Source of the DNA: Leptolyngbya sp. SOY_34_metabat_272
GTDB lineage: Bacteria > Cyanobacteriota > Cyanobacteriia > FACHB-261
Assembly: GCA_031399305.1 (NCBI GenBank)
Contig: JANNOU010000098.1
Location: forward strand, 1,343 to 65,342
Reading direction: 5' to 3'
DNA: 64,000 nucleotides
Below the pieces are notes generated by a model. It was not told where the DNA came from. It saw only the letters and a list, made by a program, of their open reading frames with translations, and ran no database searches. Below are positions 19,687-29,670 of this stretch, piece by piece. A program made the translations under genes and the position numbers. The stretch's first letter is position 1. Each line of letters starts with the position of its first letter.

Positions 19687-20187
19687 ATGAATCATTGCGT
19701 TCTGATAGCCGAAGTTCTGACCGACCCAGAGCTGCGTTACACCCCGGACGAGCAGGTGCCGGTGACAACCCTCCTGGTGGAGTTTCCGGGCCTGCGCCCG
19801 GAGGACCCAGCCTCTCGGCTGCGGGTGGTGAGCTGGCGTAATTTGGCCCAAGAGGTGGCTGAAAAATATCACAAAGGCGACCGCGTGGTGATCGAAGGCC
19901 GCCTGGGCATCAATTCTGTAGAGCGCGAAGGCTTCAAGGAAAAGCGGGCAGAGTTGACCGCCCAGCGCATTTTTGCCCTCGGCCCTCAGGTCGAGCTGAC
20001 CAGCCACGCCAGCGCGCCGGAAGAGGCGGCGGCTCCGTCTGCTCGCCGCGCTGCCCCTCCTAGCTATGCCGCAGCCCCTGAAGCGGAGCCCCCGCCAGCT
20101 CCCAAGGCCAGCTCTTCACGCCGGACAAAGGTGGCCCCGCCGCCGCCGCCAGTTGAGCCTGATCTCGATGACGATATCCCGTTCTAA
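19687..20187 (+). CDS. ssb: Single-stranded DNA-binding protein
   Basis: OB fold MNHCVLIAEVLTDPELRYTPDEQVPVTTLLVEF...GDRVVIEGRL, a Pro/Ala-rich tail and the acidic tip DDDIPF. I place the start at ATG 19687. Confidence 0.9.
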   Translation: MNHCVLIAEVLTDPELRYTPDEQVPVTTLLVEFPGLRPEDPASRLRVVSWRNLAQEVAEKYHKGDRVVIEGRLGINSVEREGFKEKRAELTAQRIFALGPQVELTSHASAPEEAAAPSARRAAPPSYAAAPEAEPPPAPKASSSRRTKVAPPPPPVEPDLDDDIPF

Positions 20188-20333
20188 AAACGGTCTACGT
20201 AACTTCTGCAGCCCTTAGCAACCTGAACCGTTCGTCTGTGAGAGGATGGTCTCTGGTCAGTGAGTCTCGGCAATTTCGGGAAAACTCTTCTATGGATGAT
20301 AGAGAGAGATAAAGGGCGCAGGAGATCTACCCC

Positions 20334-20591
20334 ATGCAAGACCCGGATAAAGAAAGATTCATAACTCCGCGCAGCCGGTACTACGGCGAGTTTTCGCCGG
20401 AGCATCTAGCCTTTAATGCCAATCTGCAAGAGTTTGCTCAAAAAGTAAGCCTCATCTGCGCTCTGGAGACAGGCGGCAAAATCCCTTCTCAAGAAGCCTA
20501 CCGGCAAATTCAACAGCTTTGGAAAGACCTCAAACTCTCCAAGAAAAATCTGCTCGATGCGGAGCTCCCAGACCACCCCGACGCCCCTTAG
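20334..20591 (+). CDS. Small conserved hypothetical protein
   Basis: 85-aa ATG ORF in an otherwise empty gap, non-repetitive and with a plausible helical composition. I recognise no family. Confidence 0.45.
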   Translation: MQDPDKERFITPRSRYYGEFSPEHLAFNANLQEFAQKVSLICALETGGKIPSQEAYRQIQQLWKDLKLSKKNLLDAELPDHPDAP

Positions 20592-22942
20592 GCTCTTGAC
20601 CAGTCGTCCAGTCGGGCGCGGCGCAACAGCAGTGAGTTAGTCACCACGCTCAGTGAACTAAACGCCATCAGTAACCCAGCCACCGAGGGACTGAGGAGCA
20701 AGCCAAAGGCCGGATAGAAAACTCCAGCCGCTGCTGGAATGGTCAGCAGGTTATAGCCAAACGCCCAAACCAGGTTGGTGCGAATCTTGTTGAAAGTTGC
20801 CTGACTCAGGCGAAGCGCTCGGACCACATCCTGCAAGTCATCGCGCATCAGAATGATTTGTCCGGTTTCGACCGCAACATCGGTGCCCGAGCCCAGCGCG
20901 ATTCCAACCTCTGCTTGTGCCAGGGCCGGGGCGTCGTTAATGCCATCCCCCACCATGGCAACGCGCTCGCCCTGTTGCTGCAAGGCCCGAATCACTTGAG
21001 CTTTGTCCTGAGGGCGCACCCCTGCGACGACCTGTTCAGCGCTCAGCCCCAGTTCTTGAGCAATGGCCAACGCCGTTTCAGGTCGGTCGCCAGTGAGAAG
21101 GCGTACCTGGAGCCCAGCCCGTTGGAGCTGCTCAACCACAGCCCGAGCCTGCGATTTGAGCGGATCGGAAACGGCGATCAGCCCGCACAGCCGGCCTGCG
21201 ACCGCGAGGTAAACCGGGGTTTTGCCGCTGTGGGCTAAGGCTGTAGCCTGAGCCTGCCAAGCAGGTGAAACCTCCACCTGGTTTTGATCTAGCCAATCCA
21301 GGTTGCCGAGGATCATGTTCTCGCCCGCCACTTGGGCGCTGATTCCCGCCCCTGCTTCGGTGTAACAATGCTCGGCGGTAGGCAGCTCAAGCGACTGCCG
21401 ATATGCTTGGCGCAGAATTGCCTGAGCCAGTGGATGATTTGTCCCCTGCTCCGCAGCAGCAGCCCAGCGCAAAACTGTCTGTGGATCGTCACCCAGAACA
21501 TCAGTCACTTCCGCCTGGCCCTGGGTGAGCGTGCCAGTCTTGTCAAACACTACCGTGGTTAGACGGTGGGTCCGTTCTAGTGCTTCACCGCCGCGAATCA
21601 AGATGCCTCGCTCGGCCCCCAGGCCGGTGCCTACGATGATCGCTGTTGGGGTGGCCAGCCCCAGGGCACAGGGACAGGCGATCGACAGCACCGCAATCGC
21701 GATCTTGAGGCTAAACAGCAGAGGAGAGGTGTGTTGCATCGCCATGACCAGATGCGCGTGCGGGGCATCAGGGTGCAGGGCAACTAGCTCACTCACCGGC
21801 GGCCAGAGATGGCTGCCCAGCCAGAACCAGAAGCTGAAGGTTAGAGCGGCCAGCGCCATGACACTGTAGGTGAAGTAGCCTGCCACCCGGTCTGCGAGTT
21901 GCTGCACCTGGGTTTTGCCACCCTGTGCCTGCTCAACCAGTGCCACGATTTGGGCCAGGGTGGTATCTTTGCCGGTACGCGTGGCCTGGAGAGTCAAAAC
22001 GCCGCTCTGGTTGAGCGACGCACCCGTGACCGGATCGCCAGCCCGTTTGTGCACTAGCAGGGGTTCGCCCGTGAGCATGGACTCATCTACGCTCGATTCG
22101 CCCATGATCACAACGCCATCCACGGGCACCTTGTCACCAGGCAGCACCCGCAAATAATCACCGGGACGAACCTGTTCAACCGGACAAATCCGAGCGTCTG
22201 CCGCGGAAGGTGAGCCCAGGACTTGGGCAGTCGGGGGCTGGAGATTGAGCAGGGCTTTGATCGCGTTAGAGGCTTTGCCTCGGGCCCGGGCTTCCAGAGT
22301 GCGCCCCAGCAGGATGAAGCCCAGGAGCATCACGGGCTCCTCAAAGAAGCACTCCCAGTGCAGCTGAGGAAAGAGCAGCGCCACCGTGCTGGCGAGGTAG
22401 GCAGAGACCGTGCCCAGCCCCACCAGCGTGTTCATATTTGGGGCGTTGCGCCACAAGCTGCGAGCCCCGTTGGTCAGGATTTCCCAGCCCGGTCCTAGCA
22501 GGGCCAGCGTAGCCAGCAGCCAATGCACGCTCATATTGCTGAGCAGTGGTACCCCCGGTAGACCCATCTTGCCCAAGTGCCCGAAGCAGGCTAGCATCAC
22601 CAACACCGCCGCGATCCCAATCTGAGCAGACTGAGACTGAGGTTCAGACGGAGGCGAAACTGTGGGCACGCTGGCTGGCTGCTCAGTCCAAGCTTGCACT
22701 TGGCCCTGGAAACCTGCGTCGTTTAGGGCCGCGATCAACTGCTCAGGCTGCAGGGCAGCAGAAGTGTGAGTGACCGTTACCAATTCGGTCGCCAGGTTGA
22801 CGCTGGCGCTCAGCACTCCCTCGCAGGCACCCAACTGTTGTTCGACCGTGCGGACGCAGCCTGCACACTTCATGCCGCTGATCGCCAGGGTCAGAGTTTC
22901 GGTCGTGCTTTCGAGTTCAGGCGTTTTGGGAAGCAACTGCAC
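20588..22942 (-). CDS. Heavy-metal (Cu+-type) translocating P1B-type ATPase
   Basis: N-terminal [13 protein letters not shown]6 [30 protein letters not shown] start. Confidence 0.93.
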   Translation of the reverse strand: MQLLPKTPELESTTETLTLAISGMKCAGCVRTVEQQLGACEGVLSASVNLATELVTVTHTSAALQPEQLIAALNDAGFQGQVQAWTEQPASVPTVSPPSEPQSQSAQIGIAAVLVMLACFGHLGKMGLPGVPLLSNMSVHWLLATLALLGPGWEILTNGARSLWRNAPNMNTLVGLGTVSAYLASTVALLFPQLHWECFFEEPVMLLGFILLGRTLEARARGKASNAIKALLNLQPPTAQVLGSPSAADARICPVEQVRPGDYLRVLPGDKVPVDGVVIMGESSVDESMLTGEPLLVHKRAGDPVTGASLNQSGVLTLQATRTGKDTTLAQIVALVEQAQGGKTQVQQLADRVAGYFTYSVMALAALTFSFWFWLGSHLWPPVSELVALHPDAPHAHLVMAMQHTSPLLFSLKIAIAVLSIACPCALGLATPTAIIVGTGLGAERGILIRGGEALERTHRLTTVVFDKTGTLTQGQAEVTDVLGDDPQTVLRWAAAAEQGTNHPLAQAILRQAYRQSLELPTAEHCYTEAGAGISAQVAGENMILGNLDWLDQNQVEVSPAWQAQATALAHSGKTPVYLAVAGRLCGLIAVSDPLKSQARAVVEQLQRAGLQVRLLTGDRPETALAIAQELGLSAEQVVAGVRPQDKAQVIRALQQQGERVAMVGDGINDAPALAQAEVGIALGSGTDVAVETGQIILMRDDLQDVVRALRLSQATFNKIRTNLVWAFGYNLLTIPAAAGVFYPAFGLLLSPSVAGLLMAFSSLSVVTNSLLLRRARLDDWSRA

Positions 22943-22993
22943 GGGCCAGTACCTGTGAGGGGAAGCCTTTTCAAAGGTAGCGAAAATTCCCCT

Positions 22994-23032
22994 AAAAAGA
23001 GTTTGACGCCCAGCTGTCTAAACCAGGCGTCA
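22994..23032 (-). terminator. Rho-independent terminator downstream of petD
   Basis: On the minus strand the stem TGACGCC/GGCGTCA (23004-23010 / 23026-23032) is followed by AACTC and TTTTT (plus-strand A-run 22994-22998). Confidence 0.55.
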
Positions 23033-23059
23033 GCGGGGAATAGGTTTCGGACCGGGAGC

Positions 23060-23545
23060 CTAGAACAAGCCCAGGGTCAGAGACTTATCAATCGGGAAGG
23101 TCGCACCGATGCCCAGCCACAGGGTCACCAGGGTGCCAAACAGAAACACCGTGGTCGCTACCGGGCGACGCAGCGGGTTTTGGAACTTGTTAACGTTCTC
23201 GATGAAGGGCACCAAAATCAGCCCCAGGGGCACAGAACCCATCAGCACGACGCCCAGCAGCTTGTTCGGCACCGAGCGCAGGATCTGGAACACCGGGTAT
23301 AGGTACCACTCCGGCAAGATCTCCAGCGGTGTCGCAAAGGGGTTGGCAGGCTCACCAATCATCGCAGGGTCGAGAACGGCGAAGCCAACACAGCAGGCGA
23401 TCGTCCCTAGGATCACCACGGGAAAGATATAGAGTAGGTCGTTAGGCCAGGCAGGCTCGCCATAATAGTTGTGACCCATACCTTTGGCAAGTTTGGCGCG
23501 CAGGATGGGGTCAGCGAGGTCTGGCTTCTTTTCAATCTTGGCCAT
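23060..23545 (-). CDS. petD: Cytochrome b6-f complex subunit IV
   Basis: [44 protein letters not shown]...[13 protein letters not shown] is full-length PetD (161 aa). The long upstream ORF extension overlaps petB and is rejected. Confidence 0.95.
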   Translation of the reverse strand: MAKIEKKPDLADPILRAKLAKGMGHNYYGEPAWPNDLLYIFPVVILGTIACCVGFAVLDPAMIGEPANPFATPLEILPEWYLYPVFQILRSVPNKLLGVVLMGSVPLGLILVPFIENVNKFQNPLRRPVATTVFLFGTLVTLWLGIGATFPIDKSLTLGLF

Positions 23546-23578
23546 AGCTTCGGTGTTCTCCTTTTGGAGTAGAGAGAC

Positions 23579-23607
23579 GGCGGGAGTTGCGGGAGTTACG
23601 GGAGTTA
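23579..23607. repeat. Tandem nonamer GGGAGTTRC x3 in the petB-petD spacer
   Basis: cgggagttgcgggagttacgggagttacag, read directly. The same nonamer family recurs in the cheA linker (46362-46400). Confidence 0.8.
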
Positions 23608-24252
23608 CAGAGGACCAGAGATACCCTGTTTGCGGATCATCAAGAAGTGCAGCAGCATGAACACCGCAATCAGCCAGGGCAGCACAAAGGTGTGGGCGCT
23701 GTAGTAGCGAGTTAGCGTCGCTTGACCCACACTGGAGCCACCGCGCAGCAGATCCGCGATCAGCGTGCCCACCACGGGAATCGCCTCGGGCACCCCCGAC
23801 ACAATCTTGACAGCCCAGTAGCCAACCTGGTCCCAGGGCAGCGAGTAGCCGGTCACGCCGAAGGACACGGTAATCACTGCCAGGATCACGCCAGTCACCC
23901 AGGTCAGCTCGCGGGGCTTCTTGAAGCCGCCAGTCAGATAGACCCGAAAGGTGTGCAAGATCATCATCAGCACCATCATGCTGGCCGACCAGCGATGCAC
24001 AGAGCGGATCAACCAACCGTAGTTGACCTCAGTCATCAGCGCTTGGACCGAGGAGAAGGCTTCGGCAACCGTCGGCTTGTAGTAAAAAGTCATCGCGAAG
24101 CCGGTGGCGAACTGAATCAGGAAGCAGGTCAGCGTAATGCCACCGAGGCAGTAAAAGATATTGACGTGAGGCGGGACGTACTTACTGGTGACATCCTCCG
24201 CCAAGGCCTGGATTTCGAGGCGCTCCTCGAACCAGTCGTAGACTTTGCTCAT
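23605..24252 (-). CDS. petB: Cytochrome b6
   Basis: [58 protein letters not shown] is the canonical PetB N-terminus; 215 aa. Confidence 0.97.
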   Translation of the reverse strand: MSKVYDWFEERLEIQALAEDVTSKYVPPHVNIFYCLGGITLTCFLIQFATGFAMTFYYKPTVAEAFSSVQALMTEVNYGWLIRSVHRWSASMMVLMMILHTFRVYLTGGFKKPRELTWVTGVILAVITVSFGVTGYSLPWDQVGYWAVKIVSGVPEAIPVVGTLIADLLRGGSSVGQATLTRYYSAHTFVLPWLIAVFMLLHFLMIRKQGISGPL

Positions 24253-24439
24253 AGAGCCACGGTCCTGGAGTATGAATGGCTATTCATTGAAGAATGTAAC
24301 ATAGGCCTCACAGAGTTTTTGCGCCTGGACCCACTGCCAAACCTAAAATTTGGAGTGAATTCCAAGCGTGCTACCGCCCTGGCTTCGACCAGAGGGGCGG
24401 TCGTTTTCGAAGTCCCTCAGAGCCCTTGTCTGCGCCGAG

Positions 24440-25720
24440 ATGCACAACTGGTTACGGTCTACAAAACAAGTGAAACGCTGGATCTGGAGTGCGCTCTTGA
24501 TGTTGCTGCTACAGGGCTTTTGGGGCCTTGCTGCCAGCTCTCCTGCCCAAGCTCGCGTCACTCTCAACGAAGATCAGCAACTCCTGAACGAAGTATGGAG
24601 AATTGTTAATCGTGCTTACGTGGATGGCACCTTTAACGGGCAGAGCTGGTCGCTGTTGCGCCAGCAGGCGTTCAAGCGTGCCCCAAAGACGCGGCAGGAC
24701 ACCTACAGCGCCATTGAGAAGATGCTGGAGCCCTTGGGCGACCCGTTCACGCGCTTCCTGCGTCCTGACCAGTATCTCAGCCTGCGGACCAGCACCCGCG
24801 GCGAGCTGACCGGTGTCGGCCTCCAGATCGCACTGGATCCCCAGACCGGCGAGCTGACCGTAATTGCACCGATCGAGGGTTCACCGGCCGACCGCGCTGA
24901 GCTGCGCCCGCTAGACCGAATTGTGAAGATCAACGGCACGGCAACCGCTAGCATTTCGCTAGATGAGGCGGCCGAGCGCATGCGCGGGCCAGCGGGCACA
25001 AAGGTGCTGCTCACCGTCGCCCGTGAGGGCACTCCAGAGTTTGAAGTGCCCCTGCTCCGTGACCGAATCGAGCTGAATCCGGTCTACGCTGAGCTGCACC
25101 GCGAAGCCGCTGGGCCAGTAGGCTACATCCGTCTGAGCCAGTTCAATGGCAATGCAGTCGATGAGATGGCCGAGGCCATACAGCAGCTCGAGGCGCAGGG
25201 GGCTAGCCGCTACATCCTAGATCTGCGCAGCAACCCCGGTGGTTTGCTGCAGGCGGGCGTAGAGATCGCCCGCCTCTGGCTGGATCAGGGTGTTGTAGTT
25301 TACACCGTCAACCGCGAGGGCGTCCAGGACCGCATCGAAGCTCGGGACGGGGCGCTGAGCCAGGCTCCCCTGGTAGTTCTGGTCAACGGCGGCACGGCCA
25401 GCGCCAGTGAAATCCTGGCAGGGGCGCTGCAAGACAATGGTCGGGCCAAGCTAGTCGGCACGCAGACATTTGGCAAGGGCTTGATCCAGTCTTTGTTTGA
25501 CCTCAGCGATGGCTCTGGCTTGGCTGTGACCGTTGCCAAGTACCAGACTCCCAGCCATCGGGATATCAACAAATCCGGCATCACGCCAGACATCGTGGTC
25601 GACGCCCAAGAGCTGCGGCGCGAACAAGTCGCCACGCTAGAAGACCCACAGTATCGAGCCGCCCTCGATCTGCTCAATGCCCAGCTTGAAGGCAGAACTG
25701 CCGAACCAAGCTTGGACTGA
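24440..25720 (+). CDS. ctpA: Carboxyl-terminal processing protease (S41 family)
   Basis: PDZ plus S41 motifs: LDLRSNPGGLL, VVLVNGGTASASEILAGALQDN, GTQTFGKGLIQS. I place the start at ATG 24440, ahead of a signal-like segment; the ORF is open from 24368. Confidence 0.9.
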   Translation: MHNWLRSTKQVKRWIWSALLMLLLQGFWGLAASSPAQARVTLNEDQQLLNEVWRIVNRAYVDGTFNGQSWSLLRQQAFKRAPKTRQDTYSAIEKMLEPLGDPFTRFLRPDQYLSLRTSTRGELTGVGLQIALDPQTGELTVIAPIEGSPADRAELRPLDRIVKINGTATASISLDEAAERMRGPAGTKVLLTVAREGTPEFEVPLLRDRIELNPVYAELHREAAGPVGYIRLSQFNGNAVDEMAEAIQQLEAQGASRYILDLRSNPGGLLQAGVEIARLWLDQGVVVYTVNREGVQDRIEARDGALSQAPLVVLVNGGTASASEILAGALQDNGRAKLVGTQTFGKGLIQSLFDLSDGSGLAVTVAKYQTPSHRDINKSGITPDIVVDAQELRREQVATLEDPQYRAALDLLNAQLEGRTAEPSLD

Positions 25721-26100
25721 ACAGGCTCTCTGGCAGACAACTGGTCGGATTTGGTTGACGCGCTATAATGCTGGACTATAGGAAGCTGCCTGAGTCGCCA
25801 TAGTCTGAGTTGGCGGATGCAGATCCCCCAGGCCGTTTGCGGACTGACCTCCGCAGGCTTGTAGTGCGATCCGGGTGACTTCTGCCAGAGTCTTCTCCCA
25901 AATTTGACTCCATGACCCTGACCCGACAAGTGTGCCGGGAGATCAGCAGTTTAAGGATCGTTCAGCGTGTACGCCCAGTGGTGAACTTGACCTGGGCCGA
26001 GGGCGATTTTGGCCCCTCGTCCGTGCTGATCGCTAACAATTTCACGTCGCCAGAGCCGCCGCGTCCAGCGCTCTGGACTTCTCACCTTTGAGGAAATTTA

Positions 26101-28287
26101 ATGTCCAAACAAATCATCATCGCGGAGCAACACCGAACGGCAGCCGTATTCTCCGAAGACCAAATTCAGGAGTTGATCGTCGCCAAAGGCTCTCATCAGG
26201 TTGGTGACGTTTACCTGGGGGTGGTCGAGAATGTCCTCCCTAGCATCGACGCCGCATTTGTCAATATCGGCGACTCCGAGCGCAACGGCTTTATCCACGT
26301 TTCCGATCTTGGCCCTCTGCGCCTGAAGCGCATGGCCGCGTCGATTACCGAGTTGGTCGCGCCTCAGCAGAAGGCGCTGGTCCAGATCATGAAGGAGCCG
26401 ACTGGCAACAAAGGCCCGCGTCTGACCGGCAACATCACTCTCCCCGGTCGCTATCTGGTCCTCATGCCCTTCGGTCGTGGCGTGAACCTCTCCCGCCGCA
26501 TCCGCAGCGAAAATGAGCGCAACCGCCTACGGGCTCTGGCCATCTTAGTCAAGCCACCGGGCATGGGCCTACTGGTGCGCACCGAGGCTGAAGAGATGAC
26601 CGAAGAGGCGATCATGGAAGACCTCGACACCCTGCTCAAGTCCTGGGAAACGATCCAGCAAGAAGCGCTCACCACCCGCGCCCCCGCCCTGCTCAACCGC
26701 GATGATGACTTCATTCAGCGCGTGCTGCGCGACGTCTACAGCGCCGATGTCAACCGCATTGTGGTCGATTCCAGCACTGGCCTCAAGCGCGTCAAGCAGT
26801 ATCTGACCAACTGGAGCGCCGGTAAGCCCCCGGTGGGTGTGTTTATCGACCACCACCGTGACCGCACGCCGATTCTGGAGTATTTTCGGGTCAACGCTGC
26901 CATCCGTGAAGCGCTGCGCCCCCGCGTCGATCTACCCTCGGGCGGCTACATCATCATTGAGCCCACCGAGGCGCTGACGGTAATCGACGTGAACTCAGGC
27001 TCTTTTACCCGTTCGGCGACTTCCCGCGAGACAGTGCTGTGGACCAACTGCGAGGCCGCGACCGAAATCGCGCGTCAGCTGCGTCTGCGCAACATCGCGG
27101 GTGTGATCATCGTGGACTTCATCGATATGGAATCCCGGCGCGACCAGCTGCAAGTGCTTGAGCACTTTAGCAAGGCGCTCAAGGCTGACAAGTCCCGCCC
27201 TCAAATCGCTCAATTGTCCGAGCTGGGCCTAGTGGAACTCACGCGCAAGCGACAGGGCCAGAGCATCTACGAGCTATTTGGCCGACCCTGCGCAACCTGC
27301 GGTGGCCTAGGCTATCTGGTGCACCTACCTGGAGAGACCGAGGGCGAGGGCGAGAGCCTGGAGCGCATGATCAGCCAGCCGCCACGCCAGAGCTTTCGAG
27401 AACGCGAGCCCCGTGAATCTCGCGAAGTTCGCGAGCCCCGTGAGTCTCGCGAGCCCCGTGAACTTCGCGAGGTCCGCGAACCCCGTGAGATCCGTGAGCC
27501 CCGTGAGCCCCGTGAGCCCCGTGAGATCCGCGACATCCGACCAGTTCCGCCCGAAAATCCACCGCGCTTGCAGCCCACCCACGTCGAGCCGACTGAGGAC
27601 TTCGAGACGGTTGAGGGCGATGAACGAGACCTGGATTTGACCAATCACCCCAACTATCAGGAGCGAGGAGGCAATGGCAATCGCCGCCGCCGCCGCCGCC
27701 GCGAAGGCTTTCGGGAAAACGGCGGTCGCGAGAACGGCTCGCCCCCAGCCCCTGTGCTGCCACTTCAGAACGGACGCAACGAACTGCCTACCGTCACCGA
27801 GCCCGCCGCCGAGCCCCTACGTTCAGAGCGTCAGAAAGAGCCCGAGCCTGTCGAAGCGCGTCGGGAAGAACCCCGTCCCAGGCCGGAGCCACCGGAGCGC
27901 GTCACGGTCGAAATGACCGAAGAAGAGCAAGAACTTTACGCCCTGATGGGCATATCACCGGTCGTTCTGGCCCCTCCCAGCTTGAAAAACCTGCGCACAG
28001 CGATTGTGACTGTCGCTCTGCCAGGCAAAGCTCCCCGCCCGCTTGCGGACCCCGCGACAGAAATCCCAGCCGCAGAGCCTGTGACAGAGACCGAAGCCCC
28101 GTCTGCCTCTGATGAGTCCGAACCTAGCCCGCCTGATCAAGATTTAGTCGCGCAAACCGAGGAATTCGCTTCAGATATGGAACTGGATGACTTGGGACAG
28201 GATGGCGAAGCCCCTGAGGGCGAATCCGATGGGTCATCAGGTCCCCCCCGTCGCCGCCGCCGCCGTTCCTCTGCTCAAGGAGGGTAG
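26101..28287 (+). CDS. rne: Ribonuclease E (cyanobacterial type)
   Basis: S1 plus catalytic core MSKQIIIAEQHRTAAVFSEDQIQELIV...VGDVYLGVVENVLPSIDAAFVNIG...IDVNSG...CATCGGLGY. The C-terminal half is disordered and Arg-rich, ending in RRRRRRSSAQGG. Confidence 0.93.
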   Translation: MSKQIIIAEQHRTAAVFSEDQIQELIVAKGSHQVGDVYLGVVENVLPSIDAAFVNIGDSERNGFIHVSDLGPLRLKRMAASITELVAPQQKALVQIMKEPTGNKGPRLTGNITLPGRYLVLMPFGRGVNLSRRIRSENERNRLRALAILVKPPGMGLLVRTEAEEMTEEAIMEDLDTLLKSWETIQQEALTTRAPALLNRDDDFIQRVLRDVYSADVNRIVVDSSTGLKRVKQYLTNWSAGKPPVGVFIDHHRDRTPILEYFRVNAAIREALRPRVDLPSGGYIIIEPTEALTVIDVNSGSFTRSATSRETVLWTNCEAATEIARQLRLRNIAGVIIVDFIDMESRRDQLQVLEHFSKALKADKSRPQIAQLSELGLVELTRKRQGQSIYELFGRPCATCGGLGYLVHLPGETEGEGESLERMISQPPRQSFREREPRESREVREPRESREPRELREVREPREIREPREPREPREIRDIRPVPPENPPRLQPTHVEPTEDFETVEGDERDLDLTNHPNYQERGGNGNRRRRRRREGFRENGGRENGSPPAPVLPLQNGRNELPTVTEPAAEPLRSERQKEPEPVEARREEPRPRPEPPERVTVEMTEEEQELYALMGISPVVLAPPSLKNLRTAIVTVALPGKAPRPLADPATEIPAAEPVTETEAPSASDESEPSPPDQDLVAQTEEFASDMELDDLGQDGEAPEGESDGSSGPPRRRRRRSSAQGG
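27403..27540 (+). repeat. In-frame 9-bp tandem repeat (about 15 copies) encoding RE-x tripeptides within rne
   Basis: REP RES REV REP RES REP REL REV REP REI REP REP REP REI RDI; the nucleotide unit is cg(c/t)ga(g/a)nnn. Confidence 0.85.
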
Positions 28288-28868
28288 TGCTCCAGCGAGC
28301 CGCAGGTGTGGACGAAGTGGGTCGGGGTGCCCTCTTCGGCCCCGTGGTTGCGGCAGCAGTGATTCTGCCAGTTGGGGCAGTGCCAGCCCTCCTGACTGCT
28401 GGCCTGACCGATAGCAAGCAGCTCATGGCCCCTGCGCGCGAAACACTAGACGTGCAGATCCGTAGCCTGGCTTCTGCCTGGGCTGTGGGAAGCGCGACGG
28501 TTGAGGAAATCGACCGGCTGAATATCCTGCAGGCGTCTCTGCTGGCGATGGCGCGGGCGATTGCTCAGCTTGACCCGCCGCCCGATCACTGCCTGATCGA
28601 TGGCAATCAACGCGTGCCGAGGCTCACCATCCCTCAAACGACAGTAGTCAAGGGCGACCAGAATTCACCTCTGATTGCTGCCGCCAGCGTGGTGGCCAAA
28701 GTCTGGCGTGACCAGCTGCTGACCGAGTTGGCCGCTGAGTACCCCGGCTATGACTTGGCGTCGAACAAAGGTTACGGCACCCCCAAGCATCGGGCCGCCC
28801 TAGCTGAGCAGGGGCCAACCAGCCTGCATCGGCGCAGCTTTAGGCCCTGCCAGTTGAGGCCACTCTAA
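28287..28868 (+). CDS. rnhB: Ribonuclease HII
   Basis: AGVDEVGRGALFGPVVAAAVIL...DSKQL...GDQNSPLIAAASVVAKVWRD...YGYPKH-like GYGTPKH. The GTG start abuts the rne stop. Confidence 0.92.
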   Translation: MLQRAAGVDEVGRGALFGPVVAAAVILPVGAVPALLTAGLTDSKQLMAPARETLDVQIRSLASAWAVGSATVEEIDRLNILQASLLAMARAIAQLDPPPDHCLIDGNQRVPRLTIPQTTVVKGDQNSPLIAAASVVAKVWRDQLLTELAAEYPGYDLASNKGYGTPKHRAALAEQGPTSLHRRSFRPCQLRPL

Positions 28869-29458
28869 CCGTTAGCGGGCAACGACGAAGGGCGGAGGTG
28901 GGGGGCTGGCGTGCTGACCCCCGATTGCAGCCAGCGGCGATAATCTTCCAGCAGTTGGGCGCTCAGGCGTTGCTTGACGGTCAGCAAGACGCTCTTAAGG
29001 AGACCCGTGCCGGTTGCCTCCAACAGCGGCACGGGGGTCAACCACAGCATCGGCGGCAGATCGACGCGCACCTCTAGCCTGGCCTCCCCCACCAACCGGG
29101 TTTGGGCACCGTCTTCAACCGGACGCAGCTCGCCGACCAGATCCAGGGCAAAGCGCTGGTTGATGTACTCTACCCCTCGGATCTCGCAGCCGACTGAGCG
29201 CAAGTAGACCGTACCATCGGTCTCTGTCCAGACCTGAAGGTCAACAGTGGGCTGGATCGACAGGTGTAGAAAACTGAGCGGACGCATTTTCAGGCGGAAG
29301 CGGTCAGCCCCCAAAACTTCGAGCCGACTGGGATCAACCAGAGCTCCGACCAAACGCCGAGGCTGGCGTAAGTAGTGGCAAATTGAGGAGCGACCTTCGC
29401 CTGGCAGATGAGGAACCGCCAGAAACACTGACTGGGAGGCGTTGAACCGTAGGCGCAT
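28865..29458 (-). CDS. DUF1997-family protein
   Basis: MRLRFNASQSVFLAV...ICHYLRQPRRLVGALVDPSRLEVLGADRFRLKMRPLSFLHLSIQPTVDL resembles the cyanobacterial DUF1997 pattern (from memory). Its 3' end overlaps rnhB convergently by 4 nt. Confidence 0.6.
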   Translation of the reverse strand: MRLRFNASQSVFLAVPHLPGEGRSSICHYLRQPRRLVGALVDPSRLEVLGADRFRLKMRPLSFLHLSIQPTVDLQVWTETDGTVYLRSVGCEIRGVEYINQRFALDLVGELRPVEDGAQTRLVGEARLEVRVDLPPMLWLTPVPLLEATGTGLLKSVLLTVKQRLSAQLLEDYRRWLQSGVSTPAPHLRPSSLPANG

Positions 29459-29670
29459 GGGAAAGACAGTAAAGGTCTACGGAGACAGTCCGTGATCTCT
29501 GTTTACCTAATTTTACAAAACTTTCACAGAAACTCACTTGCGCTCAGTGAGCTCAAGAAAGCTTCTAGCTAAATACTTTTGCCTATTGACAAAAAAATTG
29601 ACGAAAAACTGACGGAAATTTGCTCTCAGGTCTGGAAGCGATCTTAATCTTTGAGTTGCCTTTTATAGCT

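Noticed and set aside
23546-24016. N-terminal 157-codon extension of the petD ORF (318-aa ORF 23060-24016)
   Set aside because: It overlaps the petB coding region in another frame and has Arg/Gly/Asp-rich nonsense composition. PetD homology begins exactly at Met 23545 ([10 protein letters not shown]...).
23722-24609. 295-aa plus-strand ORF
   Set aside because: It is antisense to petB and runs into the ctpA upstream region. It is a His/Arg/Gly-rich shadow ORF typical of high-G+C DNA, with no recognisable motifs.
25300-25929. 209-aa minus-strand ORF spanning the ctpA 3' end and the rne leader
   Set aside because: Half of it is antisense to ctpA, its composition is Ser/Arg/Trp-rich, and I recognise no homology. 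The region is better explained as the rne 5' leader.
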